This document shows, piece by piece, positions 41,301-56,117 of a stretch of 56,796 bases of DNA (the first letter of the stretch is position 1; each line of letters opens with the position of its first letter). The DNA is taken from contig CAXHJY010001270.1 of the NCBI GenBank assembly GCA_964016885.1, positions 1-56,796 of the forward strand, read 5' to 3'. This stretch comes from Eledone cirrhosa. Its lineage: Eukaryota. The notes below the pieces were generated by a model that did no database searches, had not been told where the DNA came from, and was given only the letters and a program-made list of their open reading frames with translations. A program made the position numbers and the translations under genes.

Positions 41301-41596
41301 AATGTTGTCCAACGTGACCATTTAGGTCGCCTGCGATAATTATATAGTCACTGTCGGATATTTGGGAGGTAGTTAGCATCAGTGTCTCATAGAATCTGTC
41401 TTTTATAGTGCCGGGCAGTCCGGATTGGGGTGCGTACGCAGATATTACTGTCACCGTAGTTCTATTGAGGACAAGTCGTATTTTAATTATTCTGTCGTTC
41501 ACTCTATTTACGTCTATTATCTTATCTGCCCACTTTTCTGCTACCATGATTCCTACTCCACCCAGCCCATCGTCGTTTCCCACCCAGAAAAGCTTT
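38328..41596 (-). mobile_element. RTE LINE subfamily 2, slightly 5'-truncated
   Basis: Long ORF, ~390-bp 3'UTR and (GAT)n tail; the same TTCAC(AT)n array flanks both sides. Confidence 0.98.
38719..41583 (-). CDS. RTE polyprotein: APE endonuclease (N-terminus missing), reverse transcriptase, PHD-like Cys/His finger
   Basis: 954 aa open; GDLNGH, VDYIL, SQH, FVDLEKAFD, QGSVLSP, YADD, CSVC..CPKC..H..C..CGRC, FRYLG. Confidence 0.95.
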   Translation of the reverse strand: MGNDDGLGGVGIMVAEKWADKIIDVNRVNDRIIKIRLVLNRTTVTVISAYAPQSGLPGTIKDRFYETLMLTTSQISDSDYIIIAGDLNGHVGQHCDGYDEIHGGYGFGTRNEEGSRILEFCDANNLTICNTNFKKRDNHLITYRSGEHTSQVDYILTRRRDRVSVVNTKSLPHEECTSQHRLIISDLIVRTRRTRQQKRTILRRKIWKLKDPTARNKFQSILLDAFDSKEEHLESDNIEGEWEFLKVNLLLATDEVCGWSRPVGRRKVTWWWNSKVEGSIKAKKQAWKVWRDGGSREDYQVARREARRQVYLARREAEERKFKHVLQRDDQKCEVFRIARQCVKENRDIVGEKCVLNDDGTLAITDADKVAWKCHYERLLNEENKWEKDSLPHIDPIEGPAVLVEGSIISKAIKDMKTGKAAGPSEIVAEMLKASGTVGHTMVTRIVNQVVQNGVVPKDWHSSIIVNCYKGKGDALDRSNYRGIKLIDQVMKVTEKVIAQLIRERIDLDEMQFGFVSGKSTTDALFIVRQLQEKYLAKGKPLYLAFVDLEKAFDRVPRSIIWWALRKLGVDEWLVRAIQAMYKETVSKVRINNEYSEEFSVKVGVHQGSVLSPLLFIIALQGSSEEFKTGCPWELLYADDLTLIAESMAELEKKFQTWKHGLESKGLKINLAKTKVLVCRKENKAAVPSGKWSCSVCRKGVGRNSILCPKCKVWVHKRCSGITGKLTKNIDFTCGRCSGAISSSKCPQNTSSFNCAKGSIEIVDSFRYLGDKISSGGGCSESTVARVRTGWKKFRELIPLLAAKGFSLKMKGRLYDACIRTAMLHGSETWALCAEDIRRLERNEACMLRCMCNSNIRERQSINELRKKLEIRGIRCCLLERRLRWYGHVMRMKVDSCITKCRAIKIDGSHGIGRPRKTGDELINSDITHLHLSKTMSLDRDLWRYSVTEKTRLT

Positions 41597-42328
41597 TAAC
41601 ATATATATATACACATATATTCACATATATATATATAAACACATATATTCACATATATATATATATATGTGAATATATGTGAATATATATATATATGTGA
41701 ATATATATATATATATTCACATATATATATATAAACACATATATTCACATATATATATATATATGTGAATATATGTGAATATATATATATATGTGAATAT
41801 ATATATATATATTCACATATATATATATATATATTCACATATATATATATATATATTCACATATATATATATATATATATTCACATATATATATATATAT
41901 ATATTCACATATATATATATATATATATTCACATATATATATATATATATATTCACATAAATATATATATATATTCACATAAATATATATATATATATTC
42001 ACATATATATATATATATTCACATATATATATATATATATATTCACATAAATATATATATATATATTCACATATATATATATATATATATTCACATATAT
42101 ATATATATATATATTCATATATATATATATATATATTCATATATATATATATATATATTCACATATATATATATATATATATTCACATATATATATATAT
42201 ATATATTCACATATATATATATATATATATATATTCACATATATATATATATATATTCATATATATATATATATATTCACATATATATATATATATATAT
42301 ATATTCACATATATATATATATATATTC

Positions 42329-42388
<60 letters not shown>

Positions 42389-42434
42389 ATATTCATATAT
42401 ATTTATATATATATATATATTCATATATATATTC

Positions 42435-42492
<58 letters not shown>

Positions 42493-42495
42493 ATA

Positions 42496-42533
<38 letters not shown>

Positions 42534-42753
42534 TATATATATATATTCATATATATATATTCATATATATATATATTCATATATATATATATATTCATAT
42601 ATATATATATATTCATATATATATATATATATTCATATATATATATATTCATATATATATATATATTCATATATATATATATATTCATATATATATATAT
42701 ATTCATATATATATATATATTCATATATATATATATTTATATATATATATATT

Positions 42754-42789
<36 letters not shown>

Positions 42790-42817
42790 CATATATATAT
42801 ATTTATATATATATATA

Positions 42818-42851
<34 letters not shown>

Positions 42852-42893
42852 CATATATATATATATATATATATATATTCACATATATATATT

Positions 42894-42933
<40 letters not shown>

Positions 42934-42983
42934 CATATATATATTCACGTATATATATATATATATATTCACATATATATATT

Positions 42984-43071
<88 letters not shown>

Positions 43072-43229
43072 CATATATATATTCACGTATATATATATAT
43101 ATATATTCACATATATATATATATATTCACATATATATATATATACACATATATATATATATATATTCACATATATATATATATTCACATATATATATAT
43201 ATATATTCACATATATATATATATATATT

Positions 43230-43265
<36 letters not shown>

Positions 43266-43679
43266 CATATATATATATATATATACACATATATTCACAT
43301 ATATATTCACATATATATATTCACATATATATTCACATATATATATACACACATATATTCACATATATATTCATATATATATATATATACACACATTTAT
43401 TCACATATATATTCATATATATATATATATACACATATATTCACATATATATATATATTCACATATATATATATATTCACATATATTCACATATATGTAT
43501 ATATATATATTCACATATATATATATATTCACATATATTCACATATATGTATATATATATTCACATATATATATATTCACATATATTCACATATATGTAT
43601 ATATATATTCACATATATATATATATATTCACATATATATATATTCACATATAATAATATATATATATATTCACATATA

Positions 43680-45593
43680 ACATTGAGAGCTTAGAGAAAA
43701 CTGAGAAGATCTTGGTGAAATCTGACAAGACCAACAACCTCTATGGAGTGCAGAAAGACATGTATAATGGCCTCATACTGAAAGAGCTGAGGAAAAAGTA
43801 CAAGGTAGCAGATAAGGCCGAACTTGAGAAAATGAATGTCGAAGCATCTTGTATAATGCACGAGTTGGAAATTGAGAACAGAACACAACCTTTCGTGCCC
43901 AGGAAACCGAAGATCAATATGAAGGATCACAAGAGGAATTTTGAAAATGACCTGCCAGTTAGATTGATCGCACCTTCAAAATCGGACCTGGGCAAATTAA
44001 GCAAAAACATTCTTGACAGGGTGATACAGCAAATTAAGAACTTGGATTGTGTATCTAACCTGAGCTTGTGGAAGGGAACTGGAGAGGTTGTTGAGTGGTT
44101 TAAGCAAATTAAATATAACAATAATAATAGGTTTATTCAACTTGATATAGCTAACTATTATTCTTCTATTACCCCTAGTCTACTAAATAAGGCACTAAAT
44201 TACGCATTCAAACATACTGACCTAACTAGCAAAGAAATGCATATTATATTATCGGCTAGGAAAACTTTGATAGAATTTAATGACAAATTATGGACCAGAG
44301 CAGATAGAGATAGCAATTTTGACATAACTATGGGATCATCTGACTCAGCTCAGGTAACTGACCTTGTGGGCTTATTTTTAATCAATTCGCTACATAGGAA
44401 AATACCTGGTACTACCGGAGGTTTATATAGAGATGACATGCTTTTACTTATTAATAATAATAACCCTGAACTAAATAGAAAATGTAAACAAATTACAAAA
44501 TTTTTTAAATTACTTTAATCTTAAAATAGAAATTGAGAACAACCATAGAATAGTCAATTTCCTAGATATAACATTAAATCTCAACACATGTCTCCACTAT
44601 CCTTTTCACAAGTTGAATGAAAACTTAAACTATGTCAACTTTAACTCTAACCACCCCAGATCTGTCAAAAACACTATAGTAAGCTCTGTTCAAAAACGTA
44701 TCTCTAGGATCTCGTCGAATAGAAAGATTTTCGACGAAAAGGCCCAATACTATAATGAAGCATTAGCTAGAGCAGGATATGCTGATAAGATTGTGTACAT
44801 AGATAATGATAGACAAACTAAACAAAGTAACAACTTTTTTAATTACGGCAACAACCTTAACAACTATAATAGAAAGCATTACAATAATTCCAAAGGCCAA
44901 AAAAGAAATAGAACTAGGAACATAATTTGGTTTGCCCCCCCCCCCCCTTTCTCACTAAACATTAAAACCCACATCGCTAAACTATTTTTCAAAGCTCTTG
45001 ATAATCGCTTCCCTAGAACACATAGGTATCACTCAATTTTCAATAGGCATACAATTAAATTAACCTACTCATCCACCAAAAATTTAGCACAAAATATTAA
45101 TAGAATAAATAATAGGAACTTAAAACCTAGTGATAATAGCATAAATAGTATACAAGTTAACAAATGTAACTGTAGAGATAGATCTAAATGTCCGTTAAAT
45201 AACAACTGCTTAGTTAAAAATATAGTATACAATTGTAATGTTAATACTGACTCTAATTCTTTTAACTACGTCGGTTCCACATCGACGGAATTTAAACTTC
45301 GCTATAATAACCACAAGAATTCTTTCACAGATCCAAGCAAAAAATCTTCAACGGCACTATCAGGCGTACTCTGGCAACTTAAGCTAGATAACGTTAGATA
45401 TTCGACGGCTTGGAATATAGTCTCAAGAGGGATTCCTTTTAATTCATCCTCTGAGACATGTGACCTCTGCGCAGAGGAGATATTCTTTATACTAAAATCT
45501 AAAAATTCCCTTAATCTACGGACAAATTTATTCAGTTGTTGCAAACATAGATTAAACTCAACGTTTAAATATAAATTTAAATTTAAAATGTAG
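43680..45593 (+). pseudogene. PLE RT plus GIY-YIG endonuclease with a single frameshift near 44510
   Basis: SDKTNN, QLDIANYYSSI, TMGSSDSAQ, YRDD, NFLDITL, SNHP, CNCRDRSKC, IVY..YVGST, CDLC, SCCKHR. Confidence 0.95.
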
Positions 45594-46915
45594 TATATTT
45601 AGTTTGATTTATATTTATATGGGAAACTAGCCGATAAATCTTTGATTCCTTCTTTTTATTCTTTTTTTATTGTTTATTTTTATTTTATTTTTATTTAAAC
45701 ATTCCTCATGAAAAATTAAGCTACCCTAAAAGCTGATGCTCCAAATATTTTGAATAAACCTTACACTAGATAAACTTCTATATTAAATATAAGAACACAT
45801 GTAGACCAAATTGGGCATCATAAACTTTTTGAAATGATCTTTGCTAGATGTGATTTGATAGATAATTTTTGGCTTTGTCTGTTTTTCGACTCTGATGCTT
45901 ATAATGAACTTGGCAATATATTGTCAATTAATTTTGAAGGGTTGATCTTTGTGGTTTATTTTTATTTTTTATTATTGTAGTATTTTCTAATATTTTTTAT
46001 TTTTTTTAATATGTAATATTTTTAATATGTAATATTCTTTCGTAATATTTTTTTAGTTTTCTATTTTATTATTACTTATTATTATTATTGTTATTTTTTA
46101 GTTTTGTTTCTGATATATATTTTTATTAGTATATTGAAATCTGCTCTCTTTTTTCTGCTTGATAGATAATCTTGTAGAATAAAGACAGGAATAATAATAC
46201 ACATATATGTATACTCAAATTTTTATACCACATTGAGAATGTTTTCCGTGAACTAAGAGTTTGCAGAGTTGATCATGTGGATTCACATGGATGTTTGTAG
46301 CTATCACATAAACATATGAATTTTTTAAAAAAACTAAACATAAGATAATTAATTTTCACACACTATGGATACTTGTCTCATTCAGGAATACTGATATTTA
46401 CAATATAGTGGAAGTTTTATAAATACTAATACATTAAAACATAGGGTTTTTACGCCTCGAATATATCTGGCTATTTTTAAATTTTTTCTCTCGCTATTTT
46501 TTTCTCTCTCTATATTTTTTTCTCTCTATATATATCTCCCTTACATTAATACTAGAGCTAAATAAATAAATAAATAAATAAATGTATCATTGATACATTT
46601 ACTCAACTGACCTCCCACTACCTAATTTTCTATATATATATGTATCTATCTCTATTTCCTCTCTCTCTATATATATATATATCTCTTTCTGTTTTTTACA
46701 TGAAGTTCTTCTCTTTATCTATCTTTCCATCTCTCTATTTTGTTCCATGCATTTCTTCTTTTTCTTCCTTTTCTTCGTTTTCTGTCTTTCTTTCTTTTTT
46801 CTCTCTTTCTTTCTCTCTGTGTAAAATTTTTTCACTGCCAGCTCAACCTCTTCAAATGCAAGTCGGTGTTGTTACGGTATGTCGAATCTATTTATCTATA
46901 AAACTGTTTATATTG

Positions 46916-46980
46916 TATTTTGTCTGAGGAAGGCATAGCATATTTTAATATGATATCCCCGAAATATATATAATGAAATA
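46916..46980 (+). ncRNA. Hammerhead family A
   Basis: TATTTTGT-CTGAGGA-..CCC-GAAA-TATATA-TA-ATGAAATA. Confidence 0.85.
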
Positions 46981-47527
46981 GATATGGTTTTATAAATATA
47001 GTTTCCATTTATTTAATATTGTATATTCACATATATATATATATATTTATATTCACATATATATATATATATATATATATTCACATATATATATATATAT
47101 ATATATTCACATATATATATATATATATTCACATATATATATATATATTCACATATATATATATATATTCACATATATATATATATATATATTCACATAT
47201 ATATATATATATATATATACACTATATATATATATATATTCACATATATATATATATATTCACATATATATATATATTCACATATATATATATTCACATA
47301 TATATATATATATTCACATATATATATATATATTCACATATATATATATATATTCACATATATATATATATATATATTCACATATATATATATATTCACA
47401 TATATATATATTCACATATATATATATATATTCACATATATATATATTCACGTATATATATATATTCACGTATATATATATATTCACATATATATATATA
47501 TTCACATATATATATATATTCACATAT

Positions 47528-48450
47528 AGTAGCAAACAGCCACAGGAAACAAGTACCACCAATCTCTGGCAGGGCCCTGTAGAAACAGTAGACAGCTTCT
47601 GCTACCTAGGTGAGCGAATTAGCAACGGAGGTGGGTGTTCAGAAAGTACAATAACTAGGGTAAGAACGGGATGGAAGAAGTTTAGGGAACTACTACCACT
47701 GCTAGCTGCAAAAGGCTTCTCCCTCAGAATGAAAGGCAGACTGTATGATGCGTGTATCCGAACAGCGATGTTGCATGGTAGTGAGACCTGGGCGCTGAAG
47801 GTGGAAGACTTACGTAGATTAGAGAGAAATGAAGCCTGCATGCTCCGATGGATGTGTAACAGTAATATACGTGAACGACAAAGCATAAATGAATTGAGAG
47901 AGAGACTGAGCATAAGAGGAATCAAATGCTGTGTGCAGGAGAGGCGGTTGCGCTGGTATGGACATGTGATGCGTATGAAGGATGTCAGCTACATAAAAAG
48001 TTGATGGAAACCGCGGAGTGGGGGAGACACAAGATGACCTGGGATGGGGTGATAAAAGCCGACCTTACCCAACTACACCTCTCAAAGACAATGACACACG
48101 ACCGTGACTTCTGGCGTCACGCAGTAATACAGAGTACCCGACCTCCCATGGGTACATGCTGAAGCATATAAACAATATGCCCCCACACCCCCCACCGCAA
48201 GGTGGTCGTGGAGGTGCCACGGCAAAAAAAACACCCAGCCCACACTGTAAAGTGGACGTGTAGGCGCCACGAAAACGCACCCAGCACTCACTGTAAATGA
48301 GGTTTGTGTTAGGAAGGGCATCCAGCTGTAGAAATCAAGCCAGATCAGTTCCTGTATGAACAAGGCATGGTCAGCCGACCAGACACTGCACACAACAGGA
48401 CAACCCGTCTAACCCATGCTAGCGGGGAAGAACGGACGTAAAACGGTGAT
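47528..48450 (+). mobile_element. 5'-truncated RTE LINE, subfamily 1
   Basis: Collinear with 20146-21083. Confidence 0.96.
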
Positions 48451-48669
48451 ATATATATATATATTCACATATATATATATATTCACATATATATATATTC
48501 ACATATATATATATTCACATATATATATATTCACATATATATATATATATTCACATATATATATATATATTCACATATATATATATATATTCACATATAT
48601 ATATATATATATTCACATATATATATATATATATATATATTCACATATATATATATATATATATATATT

Positions 48670-48741
<72 letters not shown>

Positions 48742-48767
48742 CATATATATATATATATATATATATT

Positions 48768-48801
<34 letters not shown>

Positions 48802-48829
48802 CATATATATATATATATATATATATATT

Positions 48830-48863
<34 letters not shown>

Positions 48864-48987
48864 CATATATATATATTCACATATATATATATATATATTC
48901 ACATATATATATATATATATTCACACATATATATATATGTGAATATATATATATATATATGTGAGTATATATATATATATATATATG

Positions 48988-49035
<48 letters not shown>

Positions 49036-49323
49036 CATATATATATATATATATATTCACATATATATATATATATATATTCACATATATATATATATAT
49101 ATATATTCACATATATATATATATATATATATTCACATATATATATATTCACATATATATATATATATTCACATATATATATATATATATATTCACATAT
49201 ATATATATATATATATATATTCACATATATATATATATATATATATTCACATATATATATATATATATATATTCACAGATATATATATATATATATATTC
49301 ACAGATATATATATATATATATT

Positions 49324-49367
<44 letters not shown>

Positions 49368-49419
49368 CATATATATATATATATTCACATATATATATAT
49401 ATTCACATATATATATATT

Positions 49420-49465
<46 letters not shown>

Positions 49466-49866
49466 CATATATATATATATATATTCACATATATATTTAT
49501 ATATATATATTCACATATATATATATATATATATATTCAGATATATATATATATATATTCACATATATATATGTGAATATATATATATATATATATGTGA
49601 ATATATATATATATATATATCTGAATATATATATATATATATATATATGTGAATATATATATATATATATGTGAATATATATGTGAATATATATATATAT
49701 ATATATGTTAATATATATGTGAATATATATATATATATATATATATTCACATATATATATATATTCACATATATATATATAAATTCATATATATATATAT
49801 AAATTCACATATATATATATATATTCACATATATATACATATATAAATTCACATATATATATATAG

Positions 49867-50372
49867 TTTTTTTTTTTTACATTTAATAGTTTTTTAACTT
49901 TCTCTGTATTTTTCTATATATTTACCCTATATTGCTTTACTTATTGTTTCGACTTCATCCCCCCCCCCTCCCTAGTATACTTCTTTGACCTCCTGCCCAG
50001 CTGTAGTTGGCAGTATCAACGCACGACTGGGTTACTCCACCCCCTCTCCCTCTTTCTTCTACTGGTAGGTTCAGCTACCCCTTCCCTCCACAAATTGCCA
50101 TGATAGAATTATATGTCTCAACAACAAACTTTTGACCAATCCTTGTGACAATCACTTTTACCATATATGGAATTACCCCCTGAGAAGCTCGGCTATTCAT
50201 ATACCAGGATAAAAATATTCATTTAGTCCAGAATTAGCTGTCGAAACGGATTGAGCTCAGCCGTTGGGGTCCTACTCGTTCCTATTACCCACTCTACTAC
50301 CCTAAGTATTGAGTACTTTGGTGTGTTATGGTCCACCTTACTTTATGGTTCCTTACCACATTTCCTTCGGTA
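49867..50372 (+). mobile_element. Family D repeat with hammerhead-like motif (50175-50270) and tail hairpin (50291-50317)
   Basis: Aligns to 4877-5304 and 2557-2698; ACCCC-CTGAGAA..GAAA..GTT-GGGGT. Confidence 0.85.
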
Positions 50373-50721
50373 TTCACATATATATATATATATATATTCA
50401 CACATATATATATAATATATATTCACACATATATATATATTCACACATATATATATATTCACACATATATATATATTCACACATATATATATATATATAT
50501 ATTCACATATATATATATATATTCACATATATATATATATTCACATATATATATATATTCACATATATATATATATTCACACACATATATATATTCACAC
50601 ACATATATATATTCACACATATATATATATTCACACACATATATATATTCACACATATATATATTCACACACATATATATATTCACACACACATATATAT
50701 ATTCACACACATATATATATT

Positions 50722-50897
<176 letters not shown>

Positions 50898-50926
50898 CAT
50901 ACATATATATATATATATATATATTC

Positions 50927-51199
<273 letters not shown>

Positions 51200-51416
51200 C
51201 ACATATATATATATATATATTCACATATATATATATAGATATATTCACACACATATATATCTATATATATATATATATATATTCACATACATATATATAT
51301 AGATATATTCACACACATATATATCTATATATATATATATATATATATTCACATACATATATATATAGATATATTCACACACATATATATCTATATATAT
51401 ATATATATATATATTC

Positions 51417-51463
<47 letters not shown>

Positions 51464-51677
51464 CACAAATATATATATATATATTCACATATATATATAT
51501 AGATATATTCACACACATATATATCTATATATATATATATATATATTCACACATATATATATATATATATATGTTGACATATATATATTCACACATATAT
51601 ATATATATATATATTCACATATATATATATATATATTCACATATATATATTCACACATATATATATATATATATATT

Positions 51678-51741
<64 letters not shown>

Positions 51742-51745
<4 letters not shown>

Positions 51746-52288
51746 GATAAATCTACCAAGAGTTTACGGTAGTGTCCAATCCGTATGAAGAACTCAATGT
51801 AATCCGGATATCATGGAAAGAAGAGATGCAATGAAATATCACTTACGGTGAAAGATAAACGGAATACAGAGTCAAGATAAAATATTAAAAAAATAATGAA
51901 TAAAACAATGAAACAGTTCCTTATATTAAACAAAAAAAGTTCATTATTTAACGATCGTTTCTAGGATATATATGTGTTAGAATTGGCATGCATATTCAAC
52001 AGATCTATGTACAAAATTATACAAAATTATACAAACTATCAAAATTAAATATACATACCAACACATATATATGCCGTCTTCAGGAAGACGGCATATATAT
52101 GTGTTGGTATGTATATTTAATTTTGATAGTTTGTATAATTTTGTATAATTTTGTACATAGATCTGTTGAATATGCATGCCAATTCTAACACATATATATC
52201 CTAGAAACGATCGTTAAATAATGAACTTTTTTTGTTTAATATAAGGAACTGTTTCATTGTTTTATTCATTATTTTTTTAATATTTTAT
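51742..52288 (-). mobile_element. PLE-type 3' end, family E, folded back into a 412-bp palindrome (51877-52288)
   Basis: 205-bp arms with no mismatch seen and a 2-nt spacer at 52082-52083; hammerhead core at the centre; tail hairpin at 51789-51873. Confidence 0.85.
51950..52083 (-). ncRNA. Hammerhead family E with ~115-nt helix II; 5' strand of helix I lost
   Basis: CTGAAGA-CGGCATATATATGTGTTGG..CTAACACATATATATCCTA-GAAA-CGATCG(palindrome)-TT. Confidence 0.7.
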
Positions 52289-52355
52289 ATATATATATAT
52301 ATATTCACATATATATATATATATATTCACATATATATATATATATATATATATT

Positions 52356-52393
<38 letters not shown>

Positions 52394-52408
52394 CATATAT
52401 ATTCACAT

Positions 52409-52439
<31 letters not shown>

Positions 52440-52452
52440 TCACATATATATT

Positions 52453-52486
<34 letters not shown>

Positions 52487-53586
52487 CATATATATTCACA
52501 TATATATATATATATTCACATATATATTCACATATATATATATATATATATTCACATATATATATATATATATATTCAAATATATATATATATATATATT
52601 CACATATATATATATATATATATTCACATATATATATATATATTCACATATATATATATATATATTCAAATATATATATATATATTCACATATATATATA
52701 TATATATATATATATTCAAATATATATATATATATTCACATATATATATATATATATATTCAAATATATATATATATATATTCAAATATATATATATATA
52801 TATTCACATATATATATATATATATATTCATATATATATATATATATATATTCATATATATATATATATATATTCACATATATATATATTCACATATATA
52901 TATATATTCACATATATATATATATTCACATATATATATATTCACACATATATATATATATATATATATTCACATATATATATATATTCACATATATATA
53001 TATATATTCACATATATTATATATATATTCACATATATATATATATATTCACATATATATATATATATTCACATATATATATATAAATTCACATATATAT
53101 ATATAAATTCACATATATATATATAAATTCACATATATATGTATAAATTCACATATATATGTATAAATTCACATATATATATATATATATTCACATATAT
53201 ATTCACATATATGTGAATATATATATATATATGTGAATATATATATATATATATGTGAATATATATATATATATATATTCACATATATATATATATATAT
53301 ATTCACATATATATATATAAATTCACAAATATATATATATATATTCACATATATATATATAAATTCACATATATATATATATATTCACATATATATATTC
53401 CCATATATATATATATTCACATATATATATATATATATTCACATATATATATATATATATATTCATATATATATATATATATATATTCATATATATATAT
53501 ATATTCATATATATATATATATATATATATTCATATATATACATATATTCATATATATATATATATATATATATTCATATATATAC

Positions 53587-53622
<36 letters not shown>

Positions 53623-53841
53623 TCATATATATAAATACAAATATATATATATACATATATATTCATATATATATATATATATATTCATATATATACATAT
53701 ATATATATATATATTCATATATATACATATATATATATATTCACATATATATATATATTCATATATATACATATATATATTCACATATATATATATATAT
53801 ATATATATATTCACACATATATATATATATATATATATATT

Positions 53842-53883
<42 letters not shown>

Positions 53884-53907
53884 CATATATATATATATAT
53901 ATATATT

Positions 53908-53982
<75 letters not shown>

Positions 53983-54159
53983 ATATATATATATATATAT
54001 ATATATATTCACATATATATATATATATATATATATTCACATATATATATATATATATATATATATTCACATATATATATATATATTCACATATATATAT
54101 ATATATTCACATATATATATATATATATATATTCACATATATATATATATATATATATT

Positions 54160-54203
<44 letters not shown>

Positions 54204-54267
54204 CATATATATATATATATATTCACATATATATAATATATATATATATATATTCACATATATATAT

Positions 54268-54311
<44 letters not shown>

Positions 54312-54403
54312 TATATATATATATATATATTCATATATATATATATATATATTCACATATATATATATATATATTCACATATATATATATATATTCACAT
54401 ATA

Positions 54404-56117
54404 TGCAAAAGTTTTATTTAAAATTGTTGGGTTACAACGAGTAAATATTTATAACTGATATAAAGCACTCAACAAGTTTTGGAGTAGATATACGATATTA
54501 AACAAATGGAAACTATATTTATAAAACCATATTTATTTCATTATACATATTTCAGGGATACCATATTAAAAATATGGCATGCCTTCTTCAGATAAAATAC
54601 AATATATAAGCAGTTTTATAAATAAATTTGACGTACCATAAATATTGTTCAACTTCCATTTAAAAAAGTTGGTTTGGTAGTGAAATGTTTGTAAATATTT
54701 AGTATTAAGCACAGTTAAAAAGAAAGACGGAGAGAAGGAATAAATGTATGTAAAGAAAAACAGAGAGAGATAGAGAGAGATATGGGAGAGAGAAATAGTG
54801 AGGGGGTGAAAATGAGAGGCAGCTGAGACAACAGATGAATAATAATAATAATTCATCATACAAATTGAGAGATTGAGAGATTTAGGAGGGAGGGAGTACT
54901 GAAATTATTTATTCATTTATTTATTTAGTTATAGTGTTAAGGAGACGGAGAGAAATAAAAATAAATAAAGAGAAAACAGCGATACTTAAATTTCATCATG
55001 TATAGAGGGTGGAGAAGAAAGAGTTATATCTAGAGAGAAGGATGACAGATTTATAACTTTACGTTATGTCCTATCAGTTTGAATTATCAATTCATATGAA
55101 TTGGGTATTATAATGCAAATATCAACATTCATGAATGAGACATAGATACATAATGTGTGAAAAATAATGACCATATGTTTAGTTTTAAAATTCTTAGGTC
55201 GATATATCAAAAACTGAGATAAAACTTCAAAAATACATAAGTATATATGTACTTTCCGGAAAAAAGAAAGAAAGAGAAAAAGAAAAAGAGAAGGTCATCT
55301 CAAGTTCTAGTTGACACTATAGATATACACGTGAACTTACGTGATCAGCTCTGTAATTTCTTATTTCACATGAAAAAATTTTCCCTTGCGTTATAAAAGA
55401 TTTTACTATATATATATATATACATACATACACATACATAAAAATATATATTAATATTAATATTCCTGCCCTCACATACATGATTATCGTTCATGTATAG
55501 AATAGACAACAGATATTAATATATCAAAACGCTAAGAATACTTTCATCACTCCCTAGAGTATCTAGGGCCTTAAAAAAACACAGTATGCGCCCCATATCA
55601 ACCACAGAAATCAACCCTTCCAATTTATCTGACAATATATTGCCAGGTTCATTAGAAGCAATCAGAATAAAAAAACAAACAAAAAACCAAAATTATTCAA
55701 CAAGACTTATTTAGCAGAAATCATTTAAAAAAAAGATTTAGGAGACCCTGTTGTTCTACAGATGCTCTTATATTTAGTATAGAAGTTTATCTAGCGTAAA
55801 ATTTATTCAATAGATTGGGAGCATCAACATTTTAGGATAGTTTAATTACATCATTAGTATATATTTATGAAGAAGGTTTAAAAAGAAAAAGTTGAAGGAA
55901 TCGAAAGATTTATCGTCAGGTTTCATAATTAATTAAATATCTTAACTAAATATACTACATTTTAAATTTATATTTATATTTAAACGTTGAGTTCAATCTA
56001 TGTCTGCAGCAACTGAATAAATTGCTCCTTAGATTAAGGGAATTTTTAGATTTTAATATAAAGAATATCTCCTCCACGCAGAGGTCACACGTCTCAGATG
56101 AGGAATTAAAAGGAATC
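54404..56117 (-). mobile_element. 5'-truncated PLE, diverged subfamily of family A
   Basis: 55955-56116 encodes IPFNSSSETCDLCVEE..FSCCRHR..FKM*; 3' end matches 12540-12770. Confidence 0.93.
54534..54599 (-). ncRNA. Hammerhead family A variant
   Basis: TATTTTAT-CTGAAGA-AGG C ATGCCATATT TTT AATATGGTAT C CCT-GAAA-TATGTA-TA-ATGAAATA. Confidence 0.87.

Larger units (their letters stand above)
43678..47023 (+). mobile_element. Penelope-like element, family A (5'-truncated, 1.4-kb 3'UTR, no tail)
   Basis: RT/GIY-YIG ORF, 3'UTR shared with 11430-12683, hammerhead at the end, AT flanks. Confidence 0.96.

Noticed and set aside
38909-41599. Antisense ORFs over the LINEs (also at 18131-20695 and 33343-34300)
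   Set aside because: Shadow frames of RTE coding sequence
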